Assembly: GCF_030028105.1 (NCBI RefSeq)
Contig: NC_092371.1
Location: 14,281,884-14,345,883, forward strand
DNA: 64,000 bases
Reading direction: 5' to 3'
Source: Mobula birostris
Lineage: Eukaryota
The stretch's first letter is position 1, and every line of letters starts with the position of its first letter. The position numbers were made by a program, and so were the translations under genes. Positions 23,535-34,139 of the stretch are shown here, piece after piece. Below the pieces are notes generated by a model that saw only the letters and a list, made by a program, of their open reading frames with translations, ran no database searches and was not told the DNA's origin.

Positions 23535-25330
23535 TTACCCGGAACCTTCTATTTTTCTAAGCTCCATGTACGTTCCCAGGAGTCTCTTAAAAGACCCTAT
23601 CATATCCGCCTCCACCACAGTCACCGGCAGTTCATTCCATGCCCTCACCACCCTATACGTAAAAAAAAAAAATGCCCTGACATCTCTTTTGTACCTACTT
23701 CCAAACACTTTAAGACTGTGCCCTCTCGTGTTAGCAATCTCAGCCCTGGGAAAAAGCCTTAGGCTCTCAAAACGATCAATGCCTCTCATTATCTTATACA
23801 ACTCCATAAGGCACCTCTCATCCTCCGTCGGTCCAAGGAGAAAAGGGCTAGTTCGCTCAACCAATTCTCATAGGCCATGCTCTCCAATCCAGACAGCATC
23901 CTTTTAAATCTCCTCTGCACACTTTCTATAGTTTCCACATACTTCCTGTAGTGACGTGATCTGAACTGAGCACAGTACTCCAGGTAGGGTCTGACCAGGG
24001 TACTACAAAGCTGTAACATGACCTCACGACTCTTAAACTCAATCCCACGGTTGATGAAGTCCAATGCACCGTATGCCTTCCTGACCACACAGTCAACCTA
24101 CGCAGCAGCCTTCAGTGTCCTATGGACTCGGACCCCAAGATCCCTCTGATCCTCCACACAGCCAAGAGTCTGACCATTAATACTCTATTCTGCCATCATA
24201 TTTGACCTACCAAAATGAACCACGTCACACAATTTGGGTTGAACTCCATCTGCCACTTCCCAGCCCAGTTTTTCATCCTATCGATGTCCCGCTGTCCCCT
24301 CTGACAGCCCCCACACTATCCACTACACCCTCAACCTTTGTATCATCAGCACATTGACTGACCCATCCCTCCCCTTCCTTATCGAGCTCATTTGTAAAAT
24401 CACAAAGAGAAGGGGTCCCAGAACAGATCCTTGAGGCACACAACTGGTCACCGACCTCCATGCAGAATGTGAACAATCTACAACTACTCTTTGCCTTCTG
24501 TGAACAAGCCAATTCTGGATCCACAAAGCAACGTTCGTTTAGATCCCATGCCTCCTAACTTTTTTAATAAGCCCTGCATGTCTTATCAAATGTCTCGCTG
24601 AAATCCATATGCACTAGGTCTACTGCTCTACGTTCATCAATGAGTTTAATCACATCCTCAAAATATTCAATTAGACACGTAAGGCACGACCTGTCTTTGA
24701 CAAAGCAATGCTGATTATTCCCGATCATATTATGCCTCTCCAAATGTTCGTAAATCCTGCCTCTCCCGATCTTCTCCATCAATTTACCAACAGCTGAAGT
24801 AAGGGTCACCAGTCTATAATTTCCTGGGCTTTCTCTACTCACTTTCCTGAATAAGGGAAAAATATCTGCAATCCTCCAATCCTCCGGAACCTCTCCCGTA
24901 CCTGCTGATGATGTAAAGATCATTGCCAGAGGATCAGCAATCTCTTCCTTCGTCTCGCAGAGTAGCCTGAGGTAAACCTCGTCCGGTCCCAGTGACTTAT
25001 CCAACTTGACGCTTTCCAAAAGGTCCGACACATCCTCTTTCTTAATGTCCATACGTTCAAGCTTCTCAGTCCGTTGTAAGTTATCCCTGCAATCTCCAAG
25101 GTCCTTTTCTGTAGTGAGTACTGGGGCAAAGTATTAATTAAGCACCTCCGCTATCTCCTCCGGTTCCGTAAACACTTTTCCACTGTCACACTTTATTAGT
25201 CCTATTCTCTCACAGCTTATCCATTTGCTCTTAACATAGTTGTAGAATGCCTTGGGGTTTCCTTAATCCTGCTCGCCAAGGCTGTCTTAATTTCATTCTT
25301 CAGCTCCTTCCTGCTGGCCTTATAATCTAG
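23535..25330 (-). mobile_element. CR1 LINE RT fragment
   Basis: [39 protein letters not shown]; multiple frameshifts. Confidence 0.85.
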
Positions 25331-25339
25331 ATCTCTAGC

Positions 25340-26570
25340 ATTACCTGTTTTTTTAACCTTTAATAATATGTACCAGTTCCTTGGCATCTATCACATATTG
25401 GCGAGACAGAAGGGTAAGTTCTGTCCAATCTAAGTTTAGAGTAATGGAGACGGTGGACAACTTTAAACAGGATCATTTGATGCCTGCTGTTAACAGAGCA
25501 AGCCTGTATCATTGACAAACACTTATCCCAGGCAGTTTCAGATAATTCAATGCCCAACTCCTCTCACCAGGAGTCTCTAATCTTCACAGTAGATGCAACA
25601 GTGCAATTATCAAACGAACGTACAGAGTTAGAAACGAGGCGCCTGGAGTCAGGAGGGTTCTTTAAAATATCAAAAAAAAACATACGTTTCCCTGGAAGGA
25701 TTTCAAAATTACAAATCTTAGATTGAATGTAGTGTCTAATTTGTAAGTGACGAAAGAAGTGTGAATGAGGCAGCTCAAATTTCTCTTTCAGCAGACTAAA
25801 TGTTGCAAACCGTCCCTCTATGTACAGGTCTTCTGCAGAAACTAGACCCTTCTCCCTCCAAGCATGGTAGGTTTTATCTGACCATGAGGGTAGAGAGGAG
25901 TGATTGAAACAGATTGGTGTTTGGACAGAGGTCTCTGGTAAATTCAGAACGCTCCTAATCTGATTTAGAATTCTGATGGAATTTTTCAAAACAGAACTTA
26001 ACATTTTTTGAAGTTCCAGGCTTCGCTAACTTAGAGAACAGCATGGCTGGCAAGGAGGAGTTGACAACAGAGTTAAACTCCATACATAGCCACAAGGGAG
26101 CCTCAGGGGCTAGGTTATCCTGAGCCCCCTGTTGCTAAAACATTAAAGCCCTAACCATGACAGCCCAATAATAGTGTCTAAATACAGGTAATCCCAGCCC
26201 TCCTTCAGATTTAGGCTTTTGTAAATGAATTTTCGAAATCCTGTGATTCTTATAATTCCAGATATAAGACAATATTATGGAGTCCAATTTATTAACGAAA
26301 GCTGGTGTAGGAAGAATTGGGAGATTTTGACAAAGATAGAGAAACCTAGGAATGGAAGCCATTTTAATTGAATTTATATGACCAATCATGGACAGAGGTA
26401 GGGTCTTCCAACTTTCAATATTCTGTTTAAGTTTTGAAATAAACTTCGCGAAGTTTAATTTGAATATTAATTTATGGTCTTTGGGGATTGTCAAGCCAAG
26501 ATAAGTAAAGTGATCTTTAACTACTTTGAACAAAAAAAATACCCGCGTGTAGTCGTTGTAGAGGGGCACA
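25340..26570 (-). mobile_element. L1-clade LINE ORF2 fragment
   Basis: FTYLG..WKTLPLSMIGHINSIKMASIPRFLYL..EGGLGLP..YYWA and a C-terminal CDRCQG motif. Confidence 0.8.
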
Positions 26571-28986
26571 AATATTTACCCTTCTGTCTCGCCTATCTGT
26601 GACAGATGCCAAGGAACGGAAGCCACGTTGTCAGACACCTTTTGTTTTTGCCCATTACTGACTGGATTTTGGTCCAAAATATTCCACTTGTACTCAAAGG
26701 CCTATATAAGATCCTTTCCCTGGAAGCTGGTCTCGCTATATTTGGCTGCTCGCAATCTACCATTTGTTTCCCTGCAGCCATACAACAGTCTCTGATGCTG
26801 GGGATGATTGTTGCCAAAAGATTATCTTGAGGGAATTGAAATCACCTTCTCCCCCTTCCTTTCGGAGATGGATGGTTGATATGATCTCAGTCATACAGAT
26901 GGAGAACTTAAGTTCTTGAGAACAAATTCAATTTGTAAAAAAATCGGCAACAGGTATCCGTTTCTTGCCTACCTGGACGAGTCCGGCGGCGGATGAGTCA
27001 TTTCCCTCCAGCTGATTTCTCACGGCCCTCATTTGAGATTTCATGTTTAGTATTTTTGAACACTTTTTACAATAGGCACCCCTCTAATCCAATGTCTCTT
27101 TCTTTTTTTTTTGCTTATTTCATTTTTATGCATGTCTGAGTTGGTATGTTCTTGTTGATTGCATTGTTGTTTTTTGAAAATTTTGAAAATAAAATATAAA
27201 AAAAATAAATACCTTAATGCAGGTAAAAATATGTACCCATAATTCTGCTTGCTCACACTCTCTTTTCAGGATATTACGGATACATCCAGAATCATCTTGC
27301 ACCCTGACACCTGCGAGGCAAACCACCATCCATGTTTCATTTTCGCGTCTCAGTATCGCCTATCTGTCCTCCTGACCACGGAGTCCCGTATTACTGTTGC
27401 CATCCTCCTCAGTTACCTACCCTTCTGAGCTACGGGTCCACACAGAGCTCCAGAGGCATGGCCGCTGTTGCTTCTCCCAGGTAGGTTGTTCCCCCCTCAG
27501 CTGTGCTCAAAATGGAGTACTTATTACATAGTAGGACTGCCACAGGGGTGCTGTCCTCTATGTGACATTCTCCCTTCCCCCTTGTGACAATCACTCATTT
27601 ATCTTTCTCCTGTAGCCTTGGGGTAACTACCTCCCCGTAGCTTCAGTCTATCACTGCTTCAATTTTACTAGCAAGCAAAAGGTGCAGCTCCAGTTCCATA
27701 ACACGGTCTCTAAGGAGCTACATCTCGATGAACCTGGCACAGATGGGGCCATCGGGGAGACTGGAAGTTTCGTGAAAATTTCGAACATATTCCAGTTCAA
27801 TAGCAAATCACTTTTCATTCTAAACACCATGCTACATTGTACTGAACCATCAAGCATTCACCATTTCCACCGCCTCTTTGCAGGCAGGTTGCGTTTTCTT
27901 CAACACTTGCTAACCTACTTATTTCAGGTTGGATCAGCCGTGAGTGGAGCAGTGAACACAAGCACGGAGCCGAGGGACCGAAGAGTCTCTGAGCTTTTGC
28001 TGCCAGCAACATCTTCCCCTGTTGCCATGTTTGGCTCCAACGCGTACCAAATTGGGGAGGAAATAGATCTTGTTAGTCATATGGAACGTGCTAGGAGACA
28101 GTCCGTGGTTCAGCTCTGTGGGTTACGGTAGCCGCTCACCATGCAATCCTCTCGGAAAACCTGCAGACGTGGATGGGGTGGCAGCGCAGAGAACAAACGG
28201 TTAAAGCGGCCCAAAATTTCCCCCGCTCCTCGCACCGGGAATCTTTGAAGCCCCACTTCCTACAGACGAGGAAACGCTACGATATGAGATCGGCTAATTT
28301 ATGCACAGGATGCCACAGATAGAAAAGTGTCTGCTTAGTGTTGTCGTGGTGACTGAAGGGTAAATATTGTGCTCAATCATATCCCTAGAACAGGTCGATA
28401 GGAGGTTGATTGGAAAATTATTCAAAACGTCACAAGTTCCATAGTGCAGCATTCCTTACTCTCTGCAACCATATTGTGCCCTTCCCTCAGCACCTCCCGT
28501 CCCACGGCGTGGCCTTCCCCCAATACAACTTAAACCCAATAGTTCAAGGCTGAGACTTAAACTCCCAGAATTGAACGAACTAACGCCTGTCAGAATGAAG
28601 GCTGGTCAGTGGGGCGTGACAGACACAGAACAATGAAATATGCCCAGGATTAATAATTATTTGTGGTGATCGATTTCTCTCTTTTTTTTTATTTTTCACA
28701 GCTAAAGTGAATCCCAGAAATATCTGTTGCATGTATGTGATTGTATGCAAACATGCTTTGAAGTCAACGAGCACATAAGAGGCCCTGCAGCCCACAACGT
28801 ATATGCTGATCATACAGAACCCATCTACTGTCGTTCTATTTGTTAGCACTTGACCTTTCGCCTTCCCTCCTTTACAGATTGTAGTCCTTAGCTTGATCTA
28901 CTTGGTTTCACGTATTGATATCAGTGTGTGAGGTAACTCCCTGTGTACAGGATACTTAGAGAAGATACCAGTTTCCTTGCACTTAC

Positions 28987-29066
28987 ACTGGGAACTTAGT
29001 GATTGGTTAATAGATGGGGCAACTTGACAGTTAACATCTTGGAGAATCTGTGTTCATACACGGAGC
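28987..29066 (-). pseudogene. Probable cytoplasmic exon of the pseudogene (GSVYEHRFSKMLTVKLPHLLTNH*VPS)
   Basis: CACAG acceptor, phase 1 to 0, donor T|GTAAGT, 70-nt intron after the TM exon; mirrors the first cytoplasmic exon of the intact gene; one in-frame TAA. Confidence 0.5.
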
Positions 29067-29136
29067 CTGTGCCAGGTGATCACCGTGGTTGTCGGATGTC
29101 TCACCTCATCTCATCTTGCTCGGGTCCAGAAGTTAC

Positions 29137-29282
29137 CTGCGGGATTCACAACAGAGATGGATTAGCACAAAAACCAGACCGTGAAGTGACAAACGGTGAA
29201 ACAGGTGCACCCACACTCATAACAGTATATCCAAAAACGGTCATGGAGCAGGATCAGGAGATGGCATTAATCAGCATAGGAT
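29137..29282 (-). pseudogene. Probable stalk/TM exon of the pseudogene
   Basis: DPMLINAIS*SCSMTVFGYTVMSVGA..(shift)..FTVWFLC*SISVVNPA; the C-x-M-x-x-x-G pattern matches CRMISIG of the intact gene; donor G|GTAACT; acceptor degenerate (CCCGAG). Confidence 0.5.
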
Positions 29283-29599
29283 CTCGGGACATAGTGAGAG
29301 GAGAGGTAGAGTGAGGCAAAAGAAAGGGAGAGAACTGTAGGAGAAAAGGGTGAGACAGGGAGAGGGATATAGACAGACACAGACACAGAATGGATGGGTA
29401 GACGGAAAGGGGGATGGTGAGACGGAGAGAGAGACAATGGCATACAGGCAGACATACAGCAAACGGGAAGACACACCACAGATATAGAGTGAGATAGAGA
29501 AACAGACAAAAGTAGGGGTGTACAGAGGGATAGAGAGGGATATAGACAAGCTCTCAAACACAGATAGAGTATAGAGGGAAACTGCGGATTGCAGTCAGC

Positions 29600-29957
29600 G
29601 TTGTTGATCTCCAGAATGGTATTGCCCATTTTGGAGGAAAAAATATCTGAAATGAAGAACAACGCCACATCTACATCAACAATTGGAAAACCAAAGGCAA
29701 GGACAGGAATCTCTGACAAGCCATAATCCGAGAAGGAACATCAACTTTCGAAGCCAACAGATGTGCAGAATTAGAAGAAAAGAGAAGAAAATGGAAAGAG
29801 AGGAAGCAACAACCAAAGTCCGATCTGCCACCTGTATTGAATACGGAAGAACCTTCAAAGCCAAGATTGGACTCATAATCCACTTGAGAGCCCATGAGTA
29901 GATCAACAGAAGGAAGACCATCATCCTCGACCTTGAGGGATAGCCACGACGACGACA
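29600..29957 (+). mobile_element. RTE-clade LINE 3' end
   Basis: C2H2-like terminus CIEYGRTFKAKIGLIIHLRAH followed by a (GAC)n tail. Confidence 0.7.
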
Positions 29958-29959
29958 TA

Positions 29960-31110
29960 AATGCATTAAAAATTAAGCATACAAAGCGACATTTATGCCA
30001 CAACACCAAACTCCACATTGAGAAATGGGCGTGCTTGGCTATGCCTGTACCTCCTATCTTAACAGGTTGTGCTGAGCAAAAAATAGTGATAAGATCTCAA
30101 CAGTAAAAACTGCCATGCCGTATCCTACTCCGCCGTTATCAATAGTCTTCGGAGATTGTCTCCCTGGCGTAGGTGGTCACATAAACACGACTCCTGATAT
30201 TCACCAGCTGCTCATACTATGATCCACAAGCTGATGGCTTCACTTAACATTTATTCGGGCCTAAGCAGGTGCTACATCTTGCTCAAAGCTGACCTGCAAG
30301 CTGGAGGAGGGAAAGAGCACCTTAAACCTCCTTTGGTCGAGACGTATGCCCACCCTATCACCCAAAGTAAAAATATAACAGTGGCATTGAACACTTTCGC
30401 CGTACCCGTATTAACTTATTCATTTGGTAGAATATCTTGGTTCGAAACCGATCTGGAGAAGTTATGAACGAAAATAAGATCTGAAATGAGAAATCTCTGA
30501 AAACAATACGAATGCTTGAACGCACTTACAGGAACACTACCTTGGACAGAATGAGGAAGAGTAGTAACAGACGTTAAAATATACAACAATTAGATATAAC
30601 TTTTAAGGATATATTTTCATCAACGAAAAGAGGATTCAGCACTCCACGCTAGCATATGCAATACTGATAAGTAGTACAAACAACTAAACTTCAAGGAAAA
30701 CACAACCCAGAAAGATACGGAATTTATCAGCACAGAAAAAAAGGTTAACCAGTTGAAGAGCATGAACCTCCATGGAACACTTCCCACGATCGGAGCAGAC
30801 TAGACGTCGACAAAGAATCGTCGAATGCCTGGCGGGAAGTTGAAGACCGCTTCCCAGAAACAGGGGGGTTTTGGGGGCATAATTGCCGACTATACCAAGA
30901 GATACCAGGAATATTCCAACACTTTACAGCTGTTTGCCGCAGCTTAACTCAGTCTTAACCAGGCACAATCAACTGGCAAACATCATTCACCAAAATCTCG
31001 CTCCAGAAACCAAACTCATAAAAGAGACTGTACCTTACAATAAATGCAAACCTGATTTAGTTTTAGAGTCGGAACCTTTCAAGTTATATTATGACGGAAC
31101 AAGAGAAAAT
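29960..31110 (+). mobile_element. R4/Dong-type RLE non-LTR retrotransposon fragment, decayed
   Basis: ALNTFAVPVLTYSFG..W..TDLEKL and RHNQLANIIHQNLA..PDLVLESEPFKLYYD. Confidence 0.7.
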
Positions 31111-32469
31111 CTGCAGATGCTGGAAATCAAAGTAATACACATAAAATGCTGATGAAGGGTCTCCACTATTTACTCTTTTCGAAAGAAATGTGGCTGACTA
31201 TGTCCGTGTCTCAGGTTTTACCAGTTTGAGCTTGGAAAAACATAGAGCAACAATAATAGTATAAGCAATGTACACAGAGACGCCACTAATAGCGGGAAAC
31301 ACGTTTCCCAGGCCTTCAAACATTCCCCCTCCCACCCAGTCAGGACTTCAGTCTAATTCGGCCCATTTCCCAGCCACAAATAATTTCTGCGTCCTCTCTT
31401 CTAAGCCCATTGGCTGCAATTATAACACAGAGCCTCAAAAATGGACGGCGGTAACTATTCATAGTTACATGGATATGCCAGGAAAAAGCGAACTCTCACC
31501 TGATCTACGCTCTTTAGGTTAGAGATCCAAGTCAAAATGAAGGTAACCAGGAAGACAAGGAGCCCAAAAAGATCGCTCTGGGAAGACACCAACCTAGAGA
31601 AAGAGAATTGTTGCTTGGTGAAATCAAAGCCTCCAAGTACATTTCATTCTGGCTTTCATTTGGTTGTCATGCGAATCATTCGAAACAGATATACACTCGT
31701 TCTAAAGAGGAAGCGAGAGAAAAAGAAATAAACAGAACTCGTCAAGGATTGTGCTGGATTCAAGCTGTGCAGGCAATTACTCTACACACCAGTGATGTTC
31801 TAACAGGTAAGGATACCATCAGTGAACGTTCTTATAATTATTTACATCGATTTGTTGAACGCTTTTGACTTCTGTTGCACGTCGAGCCCTGACGAGCACA
31901 CTGCAGCGAATTCCTAATATATGTAAATGTATATGGCGAATACATTTGACCCTTGATCCTGAAACCATAATGTACAACTAGAGCCCCATGACAACGCCAA
32001 CTGAAGAACCATTCATCGAATGAAACAGCTCATGAAGCCATCCGGTCCCTAAGACCTCTTTCCTCGAAGGCACCCTTCCCCTTTGCAATCATTTCCTGAT
32101 TCGCCATCCCAACTTGGAAACACAACGTATTTCTGTCATCCTGGTCTTGTCTATTTCCTGAAAGCCGCTCTGAACTGCACGGAGAGAACATCACGGACAT
32201 CAGACATTTCAGATGAGTTTCACCTCCAGCTGCTCAAAGTTCTATTCGGATTGAGAAGACGATGGTGGTGTTGCTGAAGATGAGCAGATCCTTAAACTGG
32301 ATAAATACAAATAACTATTAACTGTGACGTTCGTGAGACAGCGAGTTACTCCAGCTGACATAACGCCATAAGTCATAGGAGCAGAATCAGGCCTTTCGGC
32401 CCATCTAGTCTGCTCTGCTATTCCATCACATCTGAGTGTCAATATTTTATGTGCAAAACGTCGTCTCAC

Positions 32470-32783
32470 CTTGATCTGATTCAATTGTATGATGGGACAC
32501 GCTCTTGATTCTAGTCTTGCCCGCATCCCCAAGTAGAGCGATGCAGGTATAGATTCCGCCGCTCCTCGAGGTTTCCAATGGGATCATCACCTAACACTAT
32601 AGCTCTGTTCAGGGTCAAGCGTGCCGGGATCGCTCCATCCTTTCATGATGAGTCCGGATATAGTCCAGCAAATGACATTTTGGATGGAAGAAAAGCCGCC
32701 GACAAGACTCAGCAGGGGAACCGGCCCATCATCCTCAGAAGGCGGGACAAATACCAGGATGTAGGTCCGGTTGGTGGAGCTGT
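32470..32783 (-). pseudogene. C1-set exon of the pseudogene
   Basis: TYILVFVPPSEDDGPVPLLSLVGGFSS..ICWTISG..GWSDPGTLDPEQSYSV/VMIPLETSRSGGIYTC; 28 of 63 hand-aligned positions identical to the intact C1; B-strand Cys changed to Ser (AGT); frameshifting deletion after YSV; GT-AG phase 1. Confidence 0.88.
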
Positions 32784-32866
32784 CTGGACAGAGATCGGGA
32801 CACCGTTAACAGCAGCTTCAACAGAAGTGCATGGCTGAATATAATCCCCCTGTCAAGTTCTCTTAC

Positions 32867-33359
32867 CTCATCAAGGAGTGTATGTCCTTTCACAAGCGGT
32901 GGGTAGCTGTGCATTCCAGCACAGTAGTAGAAATCCAAAATCCTCCACACGGACTTCCCGGATTTCCAGCACTGGTGTGCGATTGCAGCAGCGTTTTTTG
33001 TAAGTACTCCTACGGCCGGTCTGTCGGTGGTCGGTGAATTTGATCGTTACCGGGGTTTCGGCCACACACTGTTTATACCAGAGGATATTGCTCGCGATTT
33101 TCAATCTCTGCATGTGTTCACAGGATAGTTCAACCCTCTGATCGACATCAACCATCATTGCAGCCGGATTCGGAGAAAAAGAAGCAAAACACATAAAAGT
33201 TGCTGGTGAACGCAGCAAGCCAGGCAGCATCTCTAGGAAGAGGTGCAGTCGACGTTTCAGGCCGAGACCTTTCGCCAGCAACTTTTATGTGTGTTGCTAG
33301 AATTTCCAGCATCTGCAGAATTCCTGTTGTTTTCGGAGAAAATGACTTGGGTTTTGCAA
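32867..33359 (-). pseudogene. VJ-type exon of the pseudogene, interrupted by an insertion
   Basis: After removing the insert: VAKPKSFSPNPAAMMVDVDQRVELSC..ILWYKQ..VLEIREVRVEDFGF(+1)YYCAGMHSYPPLVKGHTLL; acceptor TTCCAG, donor G|GTAAGA. Confidence 0.85.
33180..33331. mobile_element. 152-bp Penelope-like pLTR insertion with internal inversion
   Basis: Flanked by an exact 11-bp duplication TTCGGAGAAAA (33169-33179 and 33332-33342); first part is the reverse complement, second part the forward strand, of the 686-819 sequence. Confidence 0.88.
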
Positions 33360-33672
33360 CTGGAATTATCATCAGTTAGTTGAAATTATCTACTACATAA
33401 TAGAAGGAAGTAGAACTTAAACACTTTGCCTGCAATTTAAACGTACACTGTGATTTTCGTTTGTATTCATTGGTTAAGGTATCTGAACAACATTTAAGGG
33501 AAGACCAGAAGGCAAATCGACGTTAACCTGGTCAAATTCGGAAGACCTATTGTGTATTCATTAAAAGGATGTTTTGCCGGCAAATTAGTTTATCTATCTA
33601 TTCACAGTTAACCACTAATTGAGAGGTTTGCTTGCCATTTCGGGCAGGGCTCACCAGGGATTCTGTTCTGGG

Positions 33673-34110
33673 TGTCACCTGGTCCGGATATGGCCCAAGA
33701 GTGGAGTGAGAGACACTGAAGCAGGTCGACAGCTCACAGACTGTAATGCGAACAATGTTAAAGGGAAAAGAAAACAATAAACGCTAGACCAAACAGGGCC
33801 GATGACTAAAACACTCAAATGGAAAACGAAGCCTACACTGCGTCTGAAAAGAGCAACTAAGAATTAAACGAATACCGCCAGCTTTCAGAGTCGGTTGACT
33901 CGACAGTACAGTTTCTCAGGCCTAAGGTAGAAGGAGATCAGTTATAAAACTTACGTGCAGTTCAACTGTTTGCGTGATTATGCAGAAAGATTGAAGTTAA
34001 TAATTTATCTCCTTCTACCTTAGGCCAGGAACTTATCAATCAGCCCTGCTGTGGCCACTCTCTGGAGGTCCAAAGAAGGGATCGGTATGCTCCACTACCG
34101 CTGTAGAAGG
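33673..34110. mobile_element. Possible solo LTR
   Basis: Begins TGTCAC and has LTR-like composition; right terminus and target duplication not resolved. Confidence 0.3.
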
Positions 34111-34139
34111 GGACTATGTTGAAAAATAAATGTACTAGG

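Noticed and set aside
27930-28130. Possible decayed V domain on the minus strand (DCLLA..PIWYALEP..VLVFTAPLTAD)
   Set aside because: Cys-Trp spacing is suggestive, but there is no YxC, no J motif, there are stops, and no convincing splice sites.
28878-28932. Plus-strand segment with a strong acceptor and a GTAACT donor
   Set aside because: All three frames contain a stop and no partner exons were found.
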